A stretch of 62,065 bases of DNA, filler included, from Sphacelaria rigidula (taxonomy: Eukaryota), in assembly GCA_964200075.2 (NCBI GenBank). It is 7 parts of 7 records of this genome, joined end to end, with 100 filler letters (N's around TTAATTAATTAA, not from the genome) between each part and the next. Parts side by side here need not be neighbours in the genome. Positions count along the whole stretch, not along the records: positions 44,406 to 53,185 come from CAXNAA020010117.1; positions 53,286 to 62,065 come from CAXNAA020010118.1; 5 more parts are not named here. One strand, 5' to 3'. Below are positions 51,700 to 62,065 of the stretch, piece by piece; within the stretch, counting starts at the first letter, position 1; every line of letters starts with the position of its first letter. Both the position numbers and the translations under genes were made by a program. The notes under the pieces are model-generated. The model was given only the letters and a program-made list of their open reading frames with translations. It made no database searches and was not told where the DNA came from.

Positions 51700-52395
51700 T
51701 CACGTATGCGATCTGGAGTAGAGTCCCTGCCCCCCGCCAGTCGGGCTTTTCCTCTTTATGCGCGCATAAAATTTTGCATAAAACGGAGTTTTGAGCGGAT
51801 GTTATGGCAAGCAGAGTTTTGGCCCACGGGTAGTTCACTTTTGGGACGTTTGACCCACTTTTGCTCCCCAAACAGGGAAACTCGCCAACACACGTCTCGG
51901 ACACTTTGCATGACTCCACAGAAAGGAGTCTAGTCTGCTTTTCAGACTTGCTTGGCTCCGAGGTTTCGAGATTGGCCGCTGAACAATAATTCGTGGGCAA
52001 AAATCTGTGCTTGCCGACCCCCGCCAGTTTCCCAATATTCTGTGGAGATCGCCGTAGATTTTCATTAAACACGGATTATTGCGAAGCGACCACTCTCGAA
52101 ACCTTGGATCCGAGCGAATCTGAAAATCGGGCTAGGCCCCTCTCCTTGGGGTGATGTAAAGTGTCAAAGATGTGTGTCGGAGATTTTCCCTGCTTGAGGG
52201 TAAAACAGTAGCTCAAACGTCCCAAAAGCGAACAACCCGTGGTACCAAAAATCTGTTTGCCATAAGATCCGGCCTTTCCTTGTACGCATTTTTCATAAAA
52301 ATATGTTTTTGGAGATACCAGCATGACAGAGGCATAAAATCTAAGTTTTACGTATGACTTGGGCGCATATAGTACTCCAACGGGATTATGCACCC
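51700..52395. mobile_element. Foldback element with diverged arms (~51700-51995 and ~52070-52395)
   Basis: Matching pairs ttatggcaa / ttgccataa, ttttgggacgtttga / tcaaacgtcccaaaa and aggtttcgaga / tctcgaaacct. Confidence 0.75.
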
Positions 52396-53185
52396 CATGT
52401 CCAGCAGCTAGCGCTGCCCATGGGTGCTCCGTGTGGCGTCGTTCGTCGAGTCGTGGCGTTTGTGTTCGTAATTTTTTTTTCATATCTTTGTTGCGGGTCT
52501 GATATCGGTTATGGTGCTGTATGTGAGTTACTTCATGTTCAAGTGATACGGATAAAACAAAATGTGTCATATTTCACATCAAACAGAGTGGCGATGGGTC
52601 CATAGATACGGGTTTATTTTCATATTACAAACATTAAAGACAATCTCGTATGGCAACCAATCCGTATTTGTACAAATATGGGGATTTCAGCCCGTGTATA
52701 TCTGATTTTCTCCCGTGGATTGATTTTCCGGCCCCTAACCCATTGGGCAACTATTTTTGCCTAGCTCTAAGGAAATCAGATCATTTCTCCGATTCTCTGG
52801 ACGCTAATATTTTAATTATCACCTTTCTGCTCAGATCGGGAGAATCCTGCATCTCCCTCGAATCTGGGTCAATCACTTTCGCCTAGCTCTGAGGAAACAA
52901 GAGGAAAATGTACCATTTAAGATACAGAGCCATTTGAGATACAAGTTTTTTGAATCGTTCATATCTCCGCGAAATATTAACCGTTTTCCGTTCTGTTTTT
53001 TTCTGCGTGTGCACCAGAACACGGGGCTTTGTTTAAGCTATTGTATGTGTCTCAAGCATCCGATTACGTAGTCTTACAGCACTGCAAGTAAGCGCGTATA
53101 TGTCATCCTCCAAAATCAGCTTTTTGGTCGATCGGCTGCTAAGCATGCACAGAGCAGAACGTGCAGCACAGGCCGTATAAGCGGT

Positions 53186-53285
53186 NNNNNNNNNNNNNNN
53201 NNNNNNNNNNNNNNNNNNNNNNNNNNNNNTTAATTAATTAANNNNNNNNNNNNNNNNNNNNNNNNNNNNNNNNNNNNNNNNNNNN
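53186..53285. other. Artificial contig linker
   Basis: N44-TTAATTAATTAA-N44. Confidence 0.98.
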
Positions 53286-53366
53286 AGAGAGCTGCCGACA
53301 GGATGCGGCGACCGGCGGGCCGCCCGCCACTTGTGGCTTTGGATGATACTTTTGTCCCCATCACCT

Positions 53367-54112
53367 TGCCACACAGCCTTTTGTGGTCGGGGTGGGCCGC
53401 CATTTTTCCCCTCGCTGCATGCGGAAAATTCTCTTCGAAGGGTATCAGCGTTGCGGCGCGCATGCATACAAGAGTATAGTACAGTACAGTCTAGTACGCC
53501 TCTCCAACTGAAGCACCAGCTGCTGCTGCATACTCCCTTGCACGTTCTGGGCAATTTCCAGCTACCGAAAATCAGCTGCCTATATACGGCTTTGTAATCC
53601 CCGTCCACTACATACACGTGGACTGCATACTGCAAGTCATCGACAGAGGGATACGCAGAATTCATGACGGTAGCTCATTTTGTTTTTGCACAGCCCACCT
53701 GAATTTTGTGCCTCGTGAAAATGACCACATTGTGGCACGTACACTCCTTCCCGGTTTTTCCCGGTTACCCCTGTGTTAGTGTGAATCACTACGTTTCAGT
53801 ATAGACTTGGGACCCAAAAAACACTCCGGAAAAACTCGGGAACGGTATACTGAGTGCAAGTAATACCATAAAAACAAGCTGCGACCACCCTGCACTTGAA
53901 AACCTGGCGAGGCTCATCTGGGCCAGGGATAGGGCCCCCACACGATCTTTGAAGTGGCGTCACACTCGACAACAATCCCCGCGTTGGTCGTTCGGGTCTG
54001 GTCGATAAATTTCGCCTCGCCGTGTCTGGGCAGGTCGTTCGAAGACATATTTTTTAATATTCCACCAACACAGGGTCAATCCTGTATGAGTGGGGGTCCA
54101 GTCCCAAAAGGG
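53367..54112 (-). mobile_element. piggyBac-like element end (copy 1)
   Basis: Ends ..cccaaaaGGG|TTAA (54110-54116). It is an inverted homolog of 57233-57955 over ~740 bp. Confidence 0.65.
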
Positions 54113-55281
54113 TTAACGGGCAAAGGTGTGAGAACCTTTTCCCGAATACAGCATGGTCAACTAGATAGCAGAAACGCCTCCTTGAAGCATATGCTTGCAA
54201 GAAGTTAGGAGCAGAAAACGCCGAAACGAAAAGCAGAATGAGAACGAGTTAAACAATCACACCTCGCCAGCTTCACGCTGAATAATTCCTAACTATTCAG
54301 GTGAAAAGGCGGCATTGATCGCTTATCGATTAGGGCCCTTGTTAACGAAGGGGATAATCCCCGTTCTCAAAATCCTCTTTTTGAAAAACGACCGTTGATT
54401 TGTCGCTGCGATACACCCATACACCCCCCCCCTCCCTCCCGAGAAAAAAAAAAGCAATCCCTTCAACGTGCACAAAATCCCCTTTCCAGAAATCCCCTCT
54501 GAAGAAGGGACGTCTGTGCACCTCGAAGGGGAACATATATGTCCCGTTGACAGGGGCACATGCAAATGCCTAAAATACCACACAACCCAACACAGTCAGA
54601 GCTGAACCTGACGAACTTGGTGGCCCCGCAAACCAAAAGCACACAGCTCAAACCGTAGTTGCCATTTGTCCAATATAGAACGGATTTCTGTCAAACAAAG
54701 ACTGCCGTATGTAGATTAGCAAGGGCTAGCAGTAAAACTAATGCGCGTGAGTGGTGGGTGTCGGTTGGTGTTTTTTCGGGGTAAGGTGTGTAGGTGTTGC
54801 GTTACCGTGTTGCGTCATGTCTGCAGCATTACACAGACCTTGGGCTAACGACCACTTCCAGACTCGCCGCATTTCTAAACCTGCGTGTAGGTCTGGGGTC
54901 CAATCTCTACAAACCTGCTTTTCGATAGGACTCAGAACTGGTCGTTATGGGGCCAATCTCTTGTCATGAGGGGATTTTGAAAAAGGGGGAAATCCCCCTC
55001 GTCAACCGTTAGACAGCGGACGTCGCCTCGGAAAAGCTGCATAGGCTGACAGTCCCGAGACATCCGGGGGTTTCCAGAGTTCGGGGGGGGGGGGTGGAGG
55101 GGAGGGGGGGGGGGTGTACTCATGATTATGGGTAGGGGGGGGTGGGCTCTCCGGGCTTCCACAAGGAACCACACGGATNNNNNNNNNNGGGGGGGTGGGG
55201 GGGGGGGGGGGGTGGGGTGTGGGGGTTGGGTTGGTGGGCGGGTCGGGGGGGGGGGGGGGGGGGGGGGGGGTCTCTCCGCAG

Positions 55282-56560
55282 AGCATCAGAGAAGCTCACG
55301 GACTTAACCATATGTGTTCTGGAAGTTTCCCGCGGAAAATTATGGGCCGTGCAAGAGACCCAAGAGGTGCGGGATGACCATTCTGACCAATCACGGTTGT
55401 CAAAATGAACACTTTTGTTTTCGTAGCGCAAGACTCTGTAAGGCTACTTCGCTGTCTACCCCTAAAGCTCATTGTGGTCCTGGTATATGAACCATAGATT
55501 ACATTACCCAAAAGTATGTTTTTCGTGTTACTTGAGTGCACTGTTGTTCAGTACTGCCTCAGCTGCTTCGTCCTAGCTGCATACCAGCACCTGACATAAA
55601 ACTAACGGCGCAACACGCGAGCCCCCGCCACGAGTATCCAGTGCACATTGCGGTGGACGCCCACATCGACGGAGATGCGACCGCTATTGCGGACCAGTCA
55701 TTGGAGGTTAGCGTACACTCCCCACACCGTGCTCGAGAGTTCGCTCACGAGGCTGTAGCAGCTGTCGGGGCGAATGAACTCTTCGTGTTTGGATCAATTC
55801 GAATGAACCTATTATTGTGTAGTCTGATGTTCTGGGTAAACGGATATAAATGCTTCATCATCGTTACGGTGCTGTACATTGTTTCATCATTCACGTCGAA
55901 GATGAGCGTCATACACGATAATATTCCACGAGCAAACGAGCAGAGGGGAAGAAACGAGAAGGAGGAAAAGCAACAAAAACATGTGAGGGGTCACAAGAGC
56001 CATACAAAGTAGATATTAAGTGCCGAAATACCAAAAAAAATAACCTTACATATATACATATGTATATACACCGTTATTTTTGCGTCATTGCCGGGTGCTC
56101 TACATGAAAAAAGACAACCACATGGAGAGGCAAACCCTGCTGGCACGTACTACTGCAACTCCTCTTACGTACTACTGTACTACTGCAATACCTTAGTACC
56201 ACGAAATACAGCGCTACCCCCTCGAAATGAAAATCCGACTGTGTAATTTCAGTTTCGTACTTAGTACTGCTCTATTGTAGTAGTGCTCTCGTCTCTGCAT
56301 CAACGTCAACAACCACGAAAATCACCACGCCGTGCTCTTGATCGACCCATGGATTGGGTGTCTCACCCTATCAGCTAATTTCAACAAATCCGGTGGTCAT
56401 GATGGGGGTTTTTGTTCTTCGAGGTCTGCAGGTTAGCGTTGTGCGTTGTGTGCGGGTGGGGGTAGGGCTGCCCACCTTGGGCACATCAAAGATTCCACTG
56501 CTGAACTTGCACAAGGATCTCGAACGCTTCTCCGCGCTGCTGGATGACAGTTTGAAATCG
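55282..56560 (+). CDS. Possible exons of an unidentified gene (~55282-55366, ~55623-55706, ~56374-56430, ~56466-56560)
   Basis: AG/GT-bounded open blocks read ASEKLTDLTICVLEVSRGKLWAVQETQE, PRHEYPVHIAVDAHIDGD.., LISTNPVVMMGVFVLRGLQ and LPTLGTSKIPLLNLHKDLERF. No family recognised. Confidence 0.3.
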
Positions 56561-56569
56561 GTAGGGAGG

Positions 56570-56736
56570 GTAAGGCAGGTACCCTGTACTGGTATTTCGG
56601 ACACCTCATACTCTACCGATACCGACCGAATCGGGTGTTTTCAAGTGTCATACCTGCGATACCCACGACACCACGGTATTTCGAGTGCGATACCCACGAC
56701 ACCACGGTATTTCGAGATACCAGTACCTACCGTACC
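56570..56736. mobile_element. Small GGTA/TACC-rich inverted-repeat element with a ~30-bp internal tandem duplication
   Basis: ggtaaggcaggtac..tggtatttcg is mirrored by cgagataccagtacctaccgtacc. tgcgatacccacgacaccacggtatttcgag occurs twice. Confidence 0.6.
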
Positions 56737-56963
56737 TGTTTATTTCGTACCTGTTCCTTTCGCGGTCAGTGAACACCGCTAAGCGACCGGTGTTCACCTT
56801 TTCTGATGCCACGGAATAGGCGTTCGTCTCAATTTGGGGATGAGTCTCAAGTACGGAGAGGTACAGAGAGACCAGTCGGGTTTGGCATCATATCCCGACG
56901 TCAACACCCTCCCACTCCCATAGATGACATGTATTTGACGTGTTTTCGTCACTTGAAAACATG

Positions 56964-57232
56964 CACACGTCGGACGAGTCATTACTTGTCGAAACGAGTG
57001 CGCTCGTGGATGTTTTTTGAAAACACAACGAGCATGACTCGTGTGCTCGAGTCATTTCTTTCATCTACAACGAGCAATGACTCGCGCGCTCGAGTCATTA
57101 CTTTTTTCCACAACGAGCAATGACTCCAGTGCTCGCACAAGTAGTTTGTTTCCGCAACGGACGATGACTCGAGTGCTCGCTCTATCGAGTTTTTTTTACA
57201 ACAAGCCATGACTCGAGTGCTCGCCCTATTGA
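56964..57232 (+). mobile_element. Truncated CACACGTCGGAC-family element (CTCGAG array), cut by the piggyBac-like insertion
   Basis: Starts CACACGTCGGACGAGTCATTAC after aaaacatg and contains acgagcaatgactcgagtgctcg units. Confidence 0.75.
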
Positions 57233-57955
57233 CCCTTTTGGACCGATCCCCCACTAACACAGGGTTGACCATGTGTTAGTGAAATAATAAAAAATATAAG
57301 TCAGGGAGCAACCTGCCCAATCACGGCGAGGTGAAATTCATCGACCGGATCCGAACGACCAGCGCGGGGACTGTTGCCGAGTGTAATGTCACTGCAAATA
57401 TCGTGTGGGGGGGGCTATCCCTAGCCCAGATAAGCCTTCCCAGGTTTCCAAAGCCAGGATGCTCGGAGCATGGCTTATCGTGTTACTTGCATTCAGTAAA
57501 GCGTTCCCGGGGTTTCCCGGGAGTTTTTTGGGCTCGCCAGACTATACTAAAACGAAGTAATTACACCAACACAGGATGGAGTGGAAAAAAAACTGGGAAG
57601 GAGTGTACATGCTACAATGTGGTCATTTTCGCGAGGCACTAGACCCACGTGGGTCGTGAAACGAAAAAACGAGCTAGCGTCATGAATTCTGCTCATCCCT
57701 CTACCGATGACTTGCAGAACACTGCGAACATGTATGTAGTAGGCAGCTGATCTCCGTCGCTGAGAACTGCCCAAAACGTGCAAGGGAGTATGCAGCGGCA
57801 GCTGCTGCTGCAGTCGGAGAGGCGTACTGCACTGTACTGTACTGTACTGTACTGTATGTGTGTGCGCTGCAAGGCTGATACCCTTCGAGAGAATTTGTTG
57901 CATGAAACAAAGAGGGAAATGGCGGCCCACCCCGACCACAAAGGGCTGTGTGGCA
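57233..57955 (+). mobile_element. piggyBac-like element end (copy 2)
   Basis: Begins TTGA|CCCTTTTGG and is an inverted homolog of 53367-54112. Contains (CTGTA)n. The other end was not identified. Confidence 0.6.
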
Positions 57956-58374
57956 GACGTAGGCTCGTCCTTACAATATCGACCCTGCCATTTAGCTATC
58001 ATAGTTTATTGTGAAGCTGAATCAAATTACGGCCTATTTCATCGGATTTTCTGTTTTCCACCGCACGTTTTCGATATAAAAATGATATGCCAAGACACGG
58101 CCCTTATGGCGAGGAAAGAAGAAGTGAAAAACAGTTAAGCTAACCCTTTTCTAACAAACATGCGGGCGAGAGGCACAAAGAGGCGCTTGAGCCCTAACTT
58201 ACACGCCACCATGCCACATACCACCCGTTCACATGGTCATGCAAACTAGTACACACCACTCATCGCCAGCTACGGTCGCAACCCTGCAGCATAGAGCAGG
58301 AGGAGTTGAGCACGAGGATGGATGCACTGCGGCAGTTGCGTATGCTGTGCATACATTTTGTCGGCGAAAAATTG

Positions 58375-59650
58375 CACGCGTCGGACGAGTCATTACTCGT
58401 CAAAACGAGTGCACTCGTTAATGTCTCTTAAAAACACCACGAGCACGACTCGTGTGCTCTATTAATTTGTCTCCACCAACACCGATGACTCCTGTGCTGG
58501 AGCCATAATGTTTTCCACCACGAACGAAGACTCGAGTGTCAAGAGCTATGAATTTCCTCCACCACGAGCAATGACTCGAGTACTCGCCCTATTATTTTTT
58601 TCCACCACGAGCAAATGAATCGAGTACTCGCCCGACAACTTTTTCACAGGCCGGACGAGCACGAGTATGACTCGTGGCACTCGCACTCGTTGGGCTGCTC
58701 GTTGGCGGTAAAAATTAATAGGGCGAGTACTCGAGTTATTGCTCGTTGTGGAAAATATTAATAGGGCGAGTACTTGAGTCATTGCTCGTGTAGGAGAAGC
58801 AAATGTCTCGAGCACACGAGTCATTGCCCGTTGTGGGAAAAAGTCATGGGGCGAGCACTCGAGTCATTGCTCGTTGTGGAAAAAATTAATAGTACTCGAG
58901 TCATTGCTCGTGGTTGAGAAGTAAATGACTCAAGCACTCGAGCCATTGCTCGTGATGAACGGCTTGAGTGGAGTAGTCAGCAATTCGACGAGCAAATAAT
59001 TGTAATGAGCTCGTCGACGATCTTGAACCTAGAATCTTCAAGTTATGCGGGTCTGCACATGTACAAGCATCCAGCTCCAAAGTTCGTTTTCATCTCATCC
59101 AAGAAGCCTTCCCACACAGAGAGATCAGACTCCCACTAAAGCAGCGGGGAGCATCCCTCGAGTAGTACGTTTACAATTTTTTCAGGGCGAGCAATCGAGT
59201 CATTGCTCGCTGTGGAAAATTTAATTACTCGAGCATACGAGTCATTGCTCGTTGTGAAAAAAACTAATGGCTCGAGCACACGAGTCATTGCTCGTTGTGA
59301 AATGTTTATTGACTCGAGCAGACGAGTGATCGCTCGTTGTGAAAAAACTGTTGTAAGTAAATCAAGCCTCGAGCACACGAGTCATGCTCGTCGTGTTGCA
59401 AGAAAATATTCACGAGTGCACTCGTTTCGACGAGTAATGACTAGTCTGAAGTGTGATTTATTTCACAACGAACAATGACTCGAGTACTCGCCCCAACGAT
59501 TTTCCCACAAGTAGCAACGACTCGAGTTCTCGCCCTGTTCATTTTTTCACCACGAACAATGACTCGAGTACTCACTCTATCACTTTTTTTCACTACGAGC
59601 AGCCCAACGAGTGCGAGCCACGACTCATACTCGTGCTCGTTTGACGTGTG
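58375..59650. mobile_element. CACACGTCGGAC-family element with 8-bp TSD (outer copy)
   Basis: Ends are CACGCGTCGGACGAG and (reverse complement) CACACGTCAAACGAG. Flanks are aaaaattg and aaaacttg (7/8). Contains an array of CTCGAG-centred units. Confidence 0.85.
58645..59455. mobile_element. Second family member nested in opposite orientation inside 58375-59650
   Basis: Its left end (cacaggccggacgagcacgagtatg) matches the outer copy's right-end type, and its right end (reverse complement cacacttcagactagtcattactcg) matches the outer copy's left-end type. Repeat orientation flips inside it. Removing it restores a host repeat unit. Confidence 0.75.
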
Positions 59651-62065
59651 AAAACTTGACCATCGTCTTTAATCGTAGCGACCAGAATTAGAAAGGGGTA
59701 GTAATGTGGCCAACCCCGTCGCGGACGCGGTCATGGACACAATGCATCTACAAAGCTGCGCTTTGTCCGAGTCTTCTTCACGTCGCATTTTGGGCAGAGA
59801 GAGCAGATGGTGCTGCCGTGGAAGTCCTGCATGTTACCCGCTCCTCTTTCACATCCTGCTGCACGAAACACGCAGACACGAACTCAACATACACTGCACG
59901 CCAACAGTGCCGACAGTAAGGACTGTATTGTTCACAAACGATCATGTACCGCTTCACGAATTTCGCCGTCCTTTTCCGATAGAAAGCATGAAAATATGCT
60001 TCGACCCAACTCGACAGAAAATGAGCGAATTTCGCTGAGTTAATTGTCATCGCTTCTTTTTTGCGATGGAAGGATGCGGCAAGACACTCACTCAGCACAT
60101 TATGCCGTCGGCGCGCGAAGTGCCATAGACGCCTCCGTCAAAGCGTGTTCTCGATGTCGACGACCGACGACCACCAAGTGCGTCGACGCTACGCTCGAAC
60201 GCGGTGCAGAAATTGCGACATGGAATGATGTAAACAGTTTGGTGACTGCAGCATTTTCTACATGTATTTTCTTTCGAAAGCCCTCGTGAAAGCCCCTAAT
60301 ACCCGTGTACAGTACTGCCATCGCATGCGAAAGTACTCGTATCTTGTGGTTAGAGCTGCGCGATCGAGCCATGTACTCGTCGAAACAACTGATATCAGCA
60401 TGAAGTTGGGAGCTCACATGCACAAAATAAAGAAGACAGATCTCGGGGGATGGAATCCACATTTCGCCCATCCCACTGGTGACAAAAGTCCCATGACATC
60501 AGCAGGGCGCGGCAGTAGTATTGGACTCGCGATGCGAGTAGTTTTCTGTAGAACCGCGGGTTCGCATTCACATATTTTCTCGTCTTCACCGTTTCTGTGG
60601 TTTGGCATGAACTCTACCTCTTGCCTCTGTACTTCAGCGCCCATCTCCCGCACCAAATGCTCTTTATGCCTGCCATTCCGGCGACATAATGTCGTGGCCG
60701 GCGCACGTTGTGCGTGCGCCGCTGTCATGCACACTGCATCCGCGCCACCCCTTCGGCGATGCACACGATACTCGCGCTATTCACAGCCGCCCTCGCCTTT
60801 TTCTTTTCTTTTCTTTCTGACTATCTTCAATATTTCATTGCGCCCACCGTGTCCGTGCCGCATCCGTCACCTCTACCTCTTGACTCCCTGTGCAGGCGAC
60901 CTTCGAGGCAACGAAATCGCTCGGAGCACATGGACGGAGGGTACAGATACCTCGGCGGGATTGTTTCACCGAGGCATACCCCGTCCTGTGGGTAAGGGAT
61001 GGAGAGATTCCGTCGGCGGTACGCGAGGCTTTCGCCTAGCCAGGCGTCTACAGAAAGCCCCCACGCTGTTGGTGTGAAGGATGTAATAACTGCGTGATAA
61101 ACGGACGGAGGGGAGGGCAGAAAGCTAAACCTCACTTTGGATCCAAGACAGTCTGCCCCGCCAGAAGTTGGGGTCACGGTTTCTACCCGCCTGTCACGAC
61201 GAATCATACATCCTTCTGTGGTCGTGGTGAATTTTTTGTCTCTACATGTCGGTACCGACGCGTTGTGGTGTTGGGGGCGGCAGCGAACCGTGAGGACGGC
61301 TGCTGTGAGGGTGTACGAATGTGTTGCGCTCCATGTCGGAGTATAGATTCGTGTGATGAATTTGGCGCACATCGCGCACAAGGTATCCCTGTCTGGCACA
61401 CTCAGTCGCGGTGTTCGGCCGTGGGTTCTGGGTACGAGGCGCCTCGTATTACGTGGATCAAGTATCCTCGTTTCATATGGGTTGTTGATTATGTCCGTAG
61501 TCGGTGGCTCTGCGGTACCCACTGGTGTGTGTCTGTATCTACTCTGCTGCCCTGAATCCCTTAGGCCTTTTCCTTCTTTTTTTTCCCATCGTTTCATTGT
61601 ATTTTATTTCATTTTCTTTGTACTTCACTCTTCCTTTCCTTTTTCTTGTTTTAGGTCGGCTATTTCTTTCTGTGCTTTGCTTGTGTTGACTTTTTATTAC
61701 TTTTTTTTTTCACGACTTAGTCTGCTATGTCGTTATGTTCGACCCCATCTTTCTCCTTTTCTTTTTCTTTTCGTTTTCTTTCTTCTTTTTTCCTTAGAGC
61801 GTGTTTCAGTTTCGTTTCTCTTGGGTACGTCTATCATGAGACCACGGAAGCATCCCTGGGGGGCCAGTTAAAGTGCGACAATCGATCAATCAATCAATCT
61901 GTGGCGCGGTGTTCGGCCGGCTGATTCGCTTTTGTCCTCCTTCTCGGCTTTGTTCGTATTTCGTGGCCTTCCTCCGTGTGTGTTCCTTGTTGTCGGTGTC
62001 TGTGATTGTAAAGATAGTATCTCGGTCTCTCAGGGACGAGGGTGTGTGCTTTACACCTGTGGTGG

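Larger units (their letters stand above)
58170..60980 (-). pseudogene. ISL2EU / PIF-Harbinger-type (DDE_Tnp_4) transposase pseudogene interrupted by nested insertions
   Basis: Collinear minus-strand motifs YTGIRGF, GRRHRE..LT, LAASF..FLSSWVEAYF, LSAQNAT*, CIVSMTAS and SGRYD lie before the insertion. FADKMY (ADKGF-like, ~58354-58368) and a frameshifted HVER (catgtgaacgg, ~58225-58235) lie after it. Confidence 0.6.

Noticed and set aside
53367-57955. Pack-MULE-like element with long TIRs capturing exons
   Set aside because: The defined termini (TTAA/CCC) are on the inner sides, which indicates two separate element ends rather than one enclosing element.
56964-59650. CRISPR-like appearance of regularly spaced palindromic repeats (also at 12500-13580)
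   Set aside because: The repeats are degenerate, the spacers resemble each other, orientation flips, the arrays are bounded by TIRs and TSDs, there are no cas genes, and the context is eukaryotic.

Overview
This is eukaryotic, intron-rich and repeat-dense DNA. I infer a brown alga (Phaeophyceae, Ectocarpales-like) from intron style and repeat content. The window is not one locus. It is seven unrelated contigs sorted by size (8783, 8781, 8781, 8780, 8780, 8780 and 8780 bp), joined by identical 100-bp N44-TTAATTAATTAA-N44 linkers, so nothing can be inferred across the linkers. Most ORF-track entries are spurious. The best-supported coding features are: (1) an uninterrupted XPG/FEN1-like nuclease plus Cys-rich CXC reading frame with the architecture of AcademX DNA transposons (1810-3020); (2) the 3' exons of a USP47-like deubiquitinase (18160-22627); (3) decayed transposon genes, namely a DUF6729/DDE-like gene fused to a WRN-type 3'-5' exonuclease, a hAT dimerisation domain, copia- and gypsy-like integrase relics and an ISL2EU/Harbinger-type transposase; (4) exons of an IQ-motif gene or pseudogene and other unidentified genes. 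Non-coding DNA holds many non-autonomous elements. These include a family with CACACGTCGGAC termini, 8-bp TSDs and arrays of short palindromic repeats (one copy nested in another), a TGT..ACA MITE with a 5-bp TSD and telomere-type repeats, piggyBac-like ends, long foldback palindromes and a (CA)n-tailed SINE-like repeat. I found no rRNA, tRNA or CRISPR array. All family assignments come from motif recognition by eye and need HMM or BLAST confirmation.
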